Below, one piece after another: positions 57,014 to 64,000 of a stretch of DNA of 64,000 nt. This stretch comes from an uncultured Eubacteriales bacterium. GTDB lineage: Bacteria > Bacillota > Clostridia > Oscillospirales > CAG-272. How positions within the stretch are numbered: position 1 is the first letter of the stretch; every line of letters starts with the position of its first letter. The translations under genes were made by a program, and so were the position numbers. The notes below the pieces were generated by a model. It worked only from the letters and a program-made list of their open reading frames with translations, was not told where the DNA came from and made no database searches. The stretch is from NCBI GenBank assembly GCA_910586545.1, contig CAJUIQ010000002.1:39090-103089 (forward strand), given 5' to 3'.

Positions 57014-57880
57014 ATGCTGCCAGAAACAATCATCGACCACATAAACAGCCTTAAAATAAAAAGAATTATCGTTGACTGTGATGCCGGCGCGGACGGGGAC
57101 GACCAGTTCGCCTTGGCCTATGCGCTGCGTGCCCCGGATCGGGTGGAAGTGCTGGCCGTAAACTCCGCCCCCTTCAACGACAATTCTGCCGATATGGCCG
57201 CAGCAGGGAAACTGGAATGTGAAGCAATTATTTCGGCAGCAGGACTTTCGGATAAGGTGTCCGCTTTCACCGGATCACCTGACTTCATCACCCGTGTCGG
57301 CGGTCCCTTGAAAAGCCCCGCTGCCGAAAATATCCGCCGGGCCGTACTTTCTACCCCAGAGCCTGTATATGTGGTGGTCACTGGCTGCTGCACCAATGTA
57401 GCCAGCGCCCTCGCCTTATATCCGGAAATTCGAGAACGGCTGGTAGTAGTATGGCTGGCATTAGATGATCTGGAAGGAAACAGCAATACAGGAGAATACA
57501 ACTATCACAACGACATGGAGGGAGGCCGACTGCTGTTTTCCCTTGCTGAAAATATGGTATTGGTCTGCGCAGGAAAAGTGGTGGGGCCATTTCGCAGAAC
57601 AGATGATGAAATCGACGCCATGTTCAGCGCAGACAATCCGTTGAGCGCTTGGCTGCGCAAACGGTTTCGGGAAATCACATGGGCCAAAGGCCTTTGGGAT
57701 CTATGCGCCGAGGGACTGCTCATCTGTCCCGATGCCTGCGAAATGGAGATACACGACCGCCCTCTCTTTGGAGAGGACGGTGAAATCGTGGGATTTGACC
57801 CAGCTCGACAAATTGTGGTCGTGAATAAAAATGATCCGGATAAAATTGTCTGGGATGTAATGCGCCGCATAAATGGATAG
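57014..57880 (+). CDS. nucleoside hydrolase (IUNH) family protein, paralogue 1
   Basis: RBS GGAGGA before the ATG at 57014. N-terminal Asp cluster IIVDCDAGADGDDQFAL. Confidence 0.7.
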   Translation: MLPETIIDHINSLKIKRIIVDCDAGADGDDQFALAYALRAPDRVEVLAVNSAPFNDNSADMAAAGKLECEAIISAAGLSDKVSAFTGSPDFITRVGGPLKSPAAENIRRAVLSTPEPVYVVVTGCCTNVASALALYPEIRERLVVVWLALDDLEGNSNTGEYNYHNDMEGGRLLFSLAENMVLVCAGKVVGPFRRTDDEIDAMFSADNPLSAWLRKRFREITWAKGLWDLCAEGLLICPDACEMEIHDRPLFGEDGEIVGFDPARQIVVVNKNDPDKIVWDVMRRING

Positions 57881-57887
57881 GCGCCCC

Positions 57888-58418
57888 TTATCCCCGAATC
57901 ACACCACAGGCAATTCTTCCTCCTGCATCTCCCGCCGGCTGGCTGTGAAAATCGTCCACATGGGCGTGAACGATTACCGTACGACCTAAGATTTCTTCCA
58001 CCGTAAACCGATTGGTAGCTACAATCATAAACGCACTGCCGTTGTTGACAAACAGCGGCGGCAGATCCCCTGCATGATAGGGATGCGGACAGCCGACGCC
58101 CCCAGCCGTCAATGTTTTGTCATAATGGGAACCTGCATCGGCAAAAGGATCCGTATCGTTACCCGTACAACTGCCGCCTGCATGTATATGCAGACCTAAA
58201 ATGCTGCCTCCGCATGTTCCGTTGCCCTGGGATTGGCGGATTTCATCCGGCAATCCCACAAAATTTGCCTGCACAAGCACCTGGTCTGCAAGCTGATAAA
58301 AGCTTACAATCCCCCGAATTGCCCGATATTCCCTGCTTCCCAGCACTTTTGCTGCCGCGTCTGCGCGGCCCCGGAGCCGGGTCATGATTTCCGGATTTTG
58401 ATATGTATGAAAAAACAT
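57888..58418 (-). CDS. sodC: Cu/Zn superoxide dismutase family protein with no signal peptide
   Basis: GLHIHAGGSC, GSHYD, HPYHAGDLP and VIVHAHVDD match the Cu/Zn ligand motifs. The N-terminus is hydrophilic. Confidence 0.7.
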   Translation of the reverse strand: MFFHTYQNPEIMTRLRGRADAAAKVLGSREYRAIRGIVSFYQLADQVLVQANFVGLPDEIRQSQGNGTCGGSILGLHIHAGGSCTGNDTDPFADAGSHYDKTLTAGGVGCPHPYHAGDLPPLFVNNGSAFMIVATNRFTVEEILGRTVIVHAHVDDFHSQPAGDAGGRIACGVIRG

Positions 58419-58575
58419 GGTTCACCCTATCTTTCTTTTTCTTTCAGTATATTCCCGTTTCCCGCAAGTGTGCCCAAAGTTTCGACAGGGCTTTGTAAAT
58501 TTTAAAAAGGCGTAGACACAAAGGGGCGGGATATGATAAAATATTCACAAAGATTCACCGGAAAGGAATCCATCT

Positions 58576-60102
58576 ATGAGTTTTAAACAAAATTGTGAAA
58601 TATCCTTAGTGCAAAATCCTCACGCCGCAGAAAATGTGTTTATTGGAAAAGAAGTGGAAAATACACCCCTGCCTACCTTTGAGCAGGAGCGTGACCGCTT
58701 GCCAAGTCCTGTTTGGCAGGGACATGCGGACGCCATTTCTTGCTATTGGAAGGCGTGGGAGCTGGCTTTTGGAAACTTAGGCCGACCCCAGCCCGGATCC
58801 GGTTTTGTATCCAATTTTATTGACACTGCCTTCAACGGTTGCCTTTTTATGTGGGATTCTTCCTTTATCCTTATGTTCGGCAAATACGGCAGCAGAAGCT
58901 TCAATTTTCAGGGTACCTTAGATAACTTTTATGCGCTCCAGCATAAAGACGGCTTTATTTGCCGGGAAATCATTGAGGAAAACGGAGAAGACCGGTTTAC
59001 CCGGTTTGATCCCGCTGCCACCGGGCCCGATATTATGCCCTGGTGCGAATGGGAATATTTTAAAAACTTCGGCGACATGGAGCGGCTTGCGAAGGTGTTC
59101 CCGCCGTTGATGGCGTATCACGAATGGCTGCGCCTGAATCATACCTGGCCCGACGGTACATATTGGTCCAGCGGATGGGGCTGCGGCATGGATAACCTGC
59201 CCCGGCAACAGCCCGGTTATGTAATTATGTTTTCCCATGGACATATGGTGTGGAACGACGCATGTCTTCAGGAATTGATGAACTGCAATATTTTGATGGA
59301 AATGGCCCGTCTGCTGGGTCGGGAAGAAGAAATTTCCCACCTGCGCCAGGAACGGGACAACCTGGAGCAGGTAATTAATAAAAAGCTGTGGGATGAGGAC
59401 ACCGCTTTCTACTATGATCTGTGGAAAAACGGGGAACTGAACATGGTAAAGCATATTGGCGCATACTGGGCGCTGATGGCCGAGGCGGTGCCGGCAGAAC
59501 GGGTGGATCGGTTTGTGGCGCACTTGGAGAATGAAAAGGAATTTAAATGTCCCCACCGAATTCCTGCCCTGTCGGCAGACCACCCATGGTTTGGCAAAGA
59601 CGGCGGATACTGGAACGGCGGTATTTGGGCGCCTACCAACTATATGGTGCTGGGCGGGCTGGACAAATACGGCAAGTTTGCTCTTTCTCATGAGATTGCC
59701 ATGAATCATTTGGAAAATGTGGTGCAGGTATATAAAAAAACCGGCACAGTCTTTGAAAATTATGCGCCTTTTCCGGGAGAAGACGGAAAGGCAAGACCGG
59801 GAAATCCGGCCAAAGGAGACTTTGTGGGCTGGACGGGGCTTGTGCCTATCGCCGTCTTACTGGAGCATGTGATAGGTATTAAACCAGATGCGGAAAAAAA
59901 TACAATTTCCTGGCATATCAATCTGCTGGAACGACACGGCGTGGAGAGATATCCCTTTGGAAAAAGCGCAACGCTCACACTGCTGTGTGAGGAACGGGAC
60001 AGCAAAAGCGAGGAACCGCGGGTAACCATCGAATCTACCGAACCAGTGACAGTACGGCTCATTTGGGACGGCGGCACAAAGGTAATAGAAGCGGGAAAAT
60101 AA
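58576..60102 (+). CDS. (alpha/alpha)6-barrel glycoside hydrolase, GH63/GH37-like (MGH1-like)
   Basis: 508 aa with no signal peptide. Motifs FMWDSSF and ..GWGCGMDN.., with a Trp/Tyr-rich pattern typical of six-hairpin glycosidases. Confidence 0.6.
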   Translation: MSFKQNCEISLVQNPHAAENVFIGKEVENTPLPTFEQERDRLPSPVWQGHADAISCYWKAWELAFGNLGRPQPGSGFVSNFIDTAFNGCLFMWDSSFILMFGKYGSRSFNFQGTLDNFYALQHKDGFICREIIEENGEDRFTRFDPAATGPDIMPWCEWEYFKNFGDMERLAKVFPPLMAYHEWLRLNHTWPDGTYWSSGWGCGMDNLPRQQPGYVIMFSHGHMVWNDACLQELMNCNILMEMARLLGREEEISHLRQERDNLEQVINKKLWDEDTAFYYDLWKNGELNMVKHIGAYWALMAEAVPAERVDRFVAHLENEKEFKCPHRIPALSADHPWFGKDGGYWNGGIWAPTNYMVLGGLDKYGKFALSHEIAMNHLENVVQVYKKTGTVFENYAPFPGEDGKARPGNPAKGDFVGWTGLVPIAVLLEHVIGIKPDAEKNTISWHINLLERHGVERYPFGKSATLTLLCEERDSKSEEPRVTIESTEPVTVRLIWDGGTKVIEAGK

Positions 60103-60120
60103 GGATTTTGTAAAAATAAG

Positions 60121-60149
60121 AAAAAAGGATGTGAACACATCCTTTTTTC
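60121..60149 (+). terminator. intrinsic terminator after the glycoside hydrolase gene
   Basis: AAAAAAGGATGTG-AAC-ACATCCTTTTTT. Confidence 0.75.
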
Positions 60150-60256
60150 TTTCCTGAAACCTTGTTTTACTCTTGACTTTTCGACCGCATAACCGTATAC
60201 TATTTCTCGTTATAGCGGCGAATATGCCGTCACAGATTGCAAAAGGAGTATATCAA

Positions 60257-61162
60257 ATGGGACGAAGCATTATTTTGGATACCGACATCGCCGGAGACAT
60301 CGACGATTCCTGGGCGCTGGGCCTTGCGCTGGCATCGCCGGCGTTAGATATTAAACTGGTAGTGTCCTGCCTGGACGATACCACCCACAGAGCAGCGGTC
60401 ATGGCAAAATTTTTGGAGCAAACCGGGCGCACAGACGTTCCCGTGGGAATCGGACTGCGAACCTCCGATAAAATTTACAACCTGCGTCCTTGGCTTGGGG
60501 ACTACACGCTGGGAGATTATCCCGGAACCGTCTACGCAGACGGTGTGCAGGCGATTGTAGATACCATTATGCAAAGCAGCGAACCTGTTACCATCATCGC
60601 GGAAGGCCCTATGACCAATATTGCCGCGGCGCTGGAGAGAGAACCCCGCATCGCCGAAAAATGCGAGATCATCGCTACCATGGGCAGTATTTATCAGGGA
60701 CATAGCTTGGACGATATACATAAAGACTCCGATTACAATATTCGGGCCAATATCCCGGCGGCAAGGCAGGTTTTGGCCGCTCCCTGGAAGATTACCGCAG
60801 TACCGCTGGACGTGACCGCGCATCTTGTGATTGGAGACGACAATTACCAAAAGCTATTGGCCGTTCGCGCCTCCAATCCCATTGTAAAAACTATTCTGGA
60901 AAACTTTGACTGCTGGATGGAAGAAAACAACTGCACGTATTATAAAACCCACAGCACCGCCCTTTACGATTTAGCCGCCGTTTATATGGCGGAAATGGGA
61001 GATTACAATCTAATTACCGAGGACCTGTATCTCACCATTGACGACGGTGGGTATACAAATATCGATGAGAAAGCAGGCCGACTCTGTCACTGCGCCGTTT
61101 ATTGGCGATATATTGATATGTTTTATAAATTTATCACAGAACGCCTCTGTGGAGAGAGATAA
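60257..61162 (+). CDS. nucleoside hydrolase (IUNH) family protein, paralogue 2
   Basis: Start MGRSIILDTDIAGDIDDSWAL (RBS AAGGAG). Confidence 0.75.
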   Translation: MGRSIILDTDIAGDIDDSWALGLALASPALDIKLVVSCLDDTTHRAAVMAKFLEQTGRTDVPVGIGLRTSDKIYNLRPWLGDYTLGDYPGTVYADGVQAIVDTIMQSSEPVTIIAEGPMTNIAAALEREPRIAEKCEIIATMGSIYQGHSLDDIHKDSDYNIRANIPAARQVLAAPWKITAVPLDVTAHLVIGDDNYQKLLAVRASNPIVKTILENFDCWMEENNCTYYKTHSTALYDLAAVYMAEMGDYNLITEDLYLTIDDGGYTNIDEKAGRLCHCAVYWRYIDMFYKFITERLCGER

Positions 61163-61207
61163 AAAAGGGAGCGCGCCGTTCATTCGGCGCGCTCCTTTTT
61201 TTATTTT
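61161..61207. terminator. bidirectional intrinsic terminator
   Basis: GGGAGCGCGCCG-TTCATT-CGGCGCGCTCC flanked by A and T runs. Confidence 0.8.
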
Positions 61208-61212
61208 AAAAT

Positions 61213-62061
61213 TTAGTCAGACAGGAACGCAAGCAAAGACGTTCGTTTCGCCAGCGCATCGCTCCTTCCCAAATCATACATCTCCTGTATTTTTGCTTTG
61301 TCCTTTTCAATCCGGCGGATAGGTACTGTCCTAGAAGGCCGCAGCACAAATACTTTTCCTTCCCTCTCCAATGCCGCGACCAGCTCTGCCGAAGCGTTAT
61401 AGTTTTTGTATCGCGTATGAATCGCCTGGGCCAGATGAGGATAGTTTTTATAATATATATCCGGCAGGCGGCCTCCCCCCTCTTTCTTCCGATATTCTAT
61501 AGGCCTTGTAAGCACCGTTATGATTTTGTCAAATCCCATGTCCAACATTTTTGTAATAGGAATGCTGTCCGCAATGCCGCCGTCCAAATACTTTTTGTCT
61601 CCCACCGGCACAGGTCGGGACACAAACGGCATGGATCCGGACGCCCGCAAGTATTCCAGCTGTTCTTCTTTTTGCAAATCCTCTATTTGTATATACTCCG
61701 CCTGTCCTGTCTCCATGTTGGTAACTACGGCATAAAACGTCATCGGATTTTCTCGAAACGCCGCAAAGTCCACCGGATCCAACTGGTTTACGATTTTGTT
61801 AAAGCAAAAGTCCCGGTTCATAATATTTCCCGTGGTAAGAAGAGAATAAAGACCCATGTAGTGTCTGTCTCCAGCATACTGCAGATTGTAGCGGAGCACG
61901 CGTCCGGCTTGCCTCGACTTATAGTTCATGCCAAACAATGCCCCTGCAGATACGCCCACCACCGTGTTCGCACGTATATCTTCTTCCATAAACACATCCA
62001 GAACACCGGCAGTGTATAAGCCGCGCATGGCCCCACCTTCCAACAAAAGTCCGATTTTCAT
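61213..62061 (-). CDS. patatin-like phospholipase
   Basis: GGAMRG oxyanion motif and the GVSAGA nucleophile elbow. Start uncertain (62061 or 62085). Confidence 0.82.
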   Translation of the reverse strand: MKIGLLLEGGAMRGLYTAGVLDVFMEEDIRANTVVGVSAGALFGMNYKSRQAGRVLRYNLQYAGDRHYMGLYSLLTTGNIMNRDFCFNKIVNQLDPVDFAAFRENPMTFYAVVTNMETGQAEYIQIEDLQKEEQLEYLRASGSMPFVSRPVPVGDKKYLDGGIADSIPITKMLDMGFDKIITVLTRPIEYRKKEGGGRLPDIYYKNYPHLAQAIHTRYKNYNASAELVAALEREGKVFVLRPSRTVPIRRIEKDKAKIQEMYDLGRSDALAKRTSLLAFLSD

Positions 62062-62150
62062 ATTTTGACATGCCCTTCTTTCCATTTTCGATCCGGTTCA
62101 CTATATCCCAAAAAGTAGTCCCGCTCCAAACAAATGGGGCGGGACATATA

Positions 62151-63476
62151 TTATTGTTCTGCCGCTACAGCTTTCGTCTGCCGCCAAATCCGCACAGACC
62201 GGGGCAGCGCTCCATCCATTTGTGTAATTTGGAAACGGTATCCCTGATAGAGTACCTCCGGCGTCTGATCCCGGGAGGGAACATAGCCAAGGCTGTCCAG
62301 CATAAACCCGCCCAGCGTATCGTAATCTTCTTTCGGCGCCGGCAATCCCAGACAATCGCAAAGCAATTCAAACTGCGTTTGTCCGTCGGCGGTCCAGGAA
62401 CCGTCCTCATTTTTGCAAACCGTTTCTTCCTTTTCTACCGTACCAACGATTTCCTGAATGATATCCATAATCGTAATGATTCCGCAGGTGCCACCGTAAT
62501 CGTCTACCACTACGGCAAGCTGTTCCCCCGAATTTTTCATGTCGGCAAAAATTTCATCCACCGGTTTCTTCTCAAACACAAAGTACGGAGGACGCATATA
62601 TTGGGAAACAGAATTCTTCGCAATGGAGCCGTCTTTGCTGTACAGAGGAAATATATCCTTCATGTACACCACGCCCACAACCTCGTCGATATCCTCTTTG
62701 GTTACGGGAAATTTCGTGTGGCCGGTCTCTGCCATGCGTTCAATCAGCTCTCCAACCATGGCGGTTACTTCTATGTCCTCAATTTCCGTACGATGCGTCA
62801 TAACACGCTCCGCATCCAAGTCGGTAAAGGCAAATACATTAGAGAGCAGCTCTACTTCCTGCTCTTCGATTTCGCCTTGGGCCTGCCCTTCCCGCATCAT
62901 AAGCAGAATGTCCTCTTCCGTAACGCGTTCGCCCGCTTCCCCCTGTTCCACACGCAGAAGCCGCAGCACACCGTTTGTAGTGACGGAAAGCAGACATACC
63001 AGCGGACGGGTTACCTTGGAAAGAATATGAATCAGCGATACGATTCCTCTGGCGGTTTTTTCAGGACGCACCATAGCTATGCGCTTTGGCACCAATTCCC
63101 CGAACACCAGCATAAAGAAGGTCATCAGCAGGGTAATAAGAAACGTGCTCGCGCCGCCGATTACAGTCAGTATGGTGCCCGCGGCGCCCATTTCTGCCGC
63201 AAAGGCTACAATAGGGGCGGCCAGAGAATCTGCCGCAAAGGCGCCGGACAAAAGCCCCGCAAGGGTAATACCAATTTGAATGGTAGATAAAAAGTCGCTT
63301 GGGCGTTCCTTCATCGTGAGCAGCAGGCGCGCCTTTTTGTCCCCTGACTGGGCGGCCGCCTGCAGCTTTGTACCGGACAAACCCATCATGGCGATTTCCG
63401 CCGATGCAAGCATACCGTTGATCGCTACCAGTACGATTGTAATGAGTATAGCAATCCATGGACTGCCGTCTTCCAT
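62151..63476 (-). CDS. CNNM/TlyC-family protein (DUF21 + CBS pair + CorC_HlyC domain)
   Basis: 441 aa. N-terminal TM domain, a CBS pair and a C-terminal transporter-associated domain, collinear with hemolysin-family/CorC-like proteins. Confidence 0.85.
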   Translation of the reverse strand: MEDGSPWIAILITIVLVAINGMLASAEIAMMGLSGTKLQAAAQSGDKKARLLLTMKERPSDFLSTIQIGITLAGLLSGAFAADSLAAPIVAFAAEMGAAGTILTVIGGASTFLITLLMTFFMLVFGELVPKRIAMVRPEKTARGIVSLIHILSKVTRPLVCLLSVTTNGVLRLLRVEQGEAGERVTEEDILLMMREGQAQGEIEEQEVELLSNVFAFTDLDAERVMTHRTEIEDIEVTAMVGELIERMAETGHTKFPVTKEDIDEVVGVVYMKDIFPLYSKDGSIAKNSVSQYMRPPYFVFEKKPVDEIFADMKNSGEQLAVVVDDYGGTCGIITIMDIIQEIVGTVEKEETVCKNEDGSWTADGQTQFELLCDCLGLPAPKEDYDTLGGFMLDSLGYVPSRDQTPEVLYQGYRFQITQMDGALPRSVRIWRQTKAVAAEQ

Positions 63477-63570
63477 AATTAAATTCTTCCTCCATAAAAA
63501 TTATAATATTGTATGATCTTCACCACAGGTAAAGTACAAAGGGGCATATTCTTTATCCTGTTTCCGAACC

Positions 63571-64000
63571 TTACTTTTTCAAATGCCGTTTAATACATTT
63601 TGCAATTTCCACAATAGGAATAATTGCCAGCGCAATACCTAGCGCAGCGAAAAACTCAGCGACAGACAGGGCCACCAGAGAAAACGCCGTATTCAAACCA
63701 GGCACATAGATCACGCCTGCTGTGAGTACAAAGCTAAGAATCATAGCGCCGGTGAGCAGCTTATTATGTCCGCGCACCTGCAGCAATGATTTCTCTCTGC
63801 TGCGCAAATTGATCGAATGGAAAATTTCACACATGGATAAAGTGAGAAAAGCCATTGTCATACCGGTCGCATGCGACTGGGCGTTTCCAATAAAGAACGA
63901 CCACAAGGTCAGTGCGGCAATGGCCACACCCTGTAAAATCACATCGATTCCCAGCCCGCCGGAAAACATCGTTTCCCGGGCATCTCTAGGTGGTTTTTGC
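63571..64000 (-). CDS. C-terminal part of a cation-transporting P-type ATPase (partial; continues beyond the window)
   Basis: The frame is open to the window edge (..QKPPRDARETMFSGGLG..). Hydrophobic helices match the cation ATPase C-terminal domain. Confidence 0.75.
   Translation of the reverse strand, partial: QKPPRDARETMFSGGLGIDVILQGVAIAALTLWSFFIGNAQSHATGMTMAFLTLSMCEIFHSINLRSREKSLLQVRGHNKLLTGAMILSFVLTAGVIYVPGLNTAFSLVALSVAEFFAALGIALAIIPIVEIAKCIKRHLKK

Overview
The window looks like chromosomal DNA from a Gram-positive anaerobe. I infer a Clostridia, Oscillospiraceae/Ruminococcaceae-like organism from the dockerin and cohesin-like modules, SpoVG, a T-box, RNase J and an (S/P)PxTG-like sorting signal. 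It is densely coding: about 56 CDS, 2 tRNAs, no rRNA, no CRISPR array and no recognisable mobile element. From left to right it holds a ketohexose cluster (class II aldolase, PfkB kinase, psicose/tagatose 3-epimerase-like); three secreted proteins with dockerin or cohesin-like modules; housekeeping genes (glyA, uppP, rnj, spoVG, murC); a 10 kb same-strand block guaA-purF-carA-carB-dapF-dapL-nadE; an 11 kb nitrogen-assimilation region; then a Trp T-box with a lone trpB, a MATE pump, a small alarmone synthetase, aroK, iorAB and assorted hydrolases. The nitrogen region contains GS type III plus an Amt-PII fusion, a frameshifted gdhA, a three-gene split glutamate-synthase-like set, a GS-I-like gene and an ANTAR regulator. 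The strongest observation is a conserved hairpin present six times in the leaders of the glt/glnA/ANTAR operon, gdhA, glnN-amt and guaA. It has a stem of about AAGGC/GUCUU and a hexaloop with A at position 1 and G at position 4, and five of the six copies (all but the distal guaA copy) overlap the 5' arm of a terminator-like hairpin. This fits the known ANTAR RNA-target signature and suggests a nitrogen antitermination regulon driven by the locally encoded pseudo-receiver ANTAR protein. Other points of interest are a paralogous leader element before dapF and dapL, a roughly 395 nt structured rnj leader, a single-base frameshift in gdhA within a homopolymer run, and a sortase-anchored cohesin-like protein with eight helical repeats. 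All coordinates and folds were worked out by eye and need computational confirmation.
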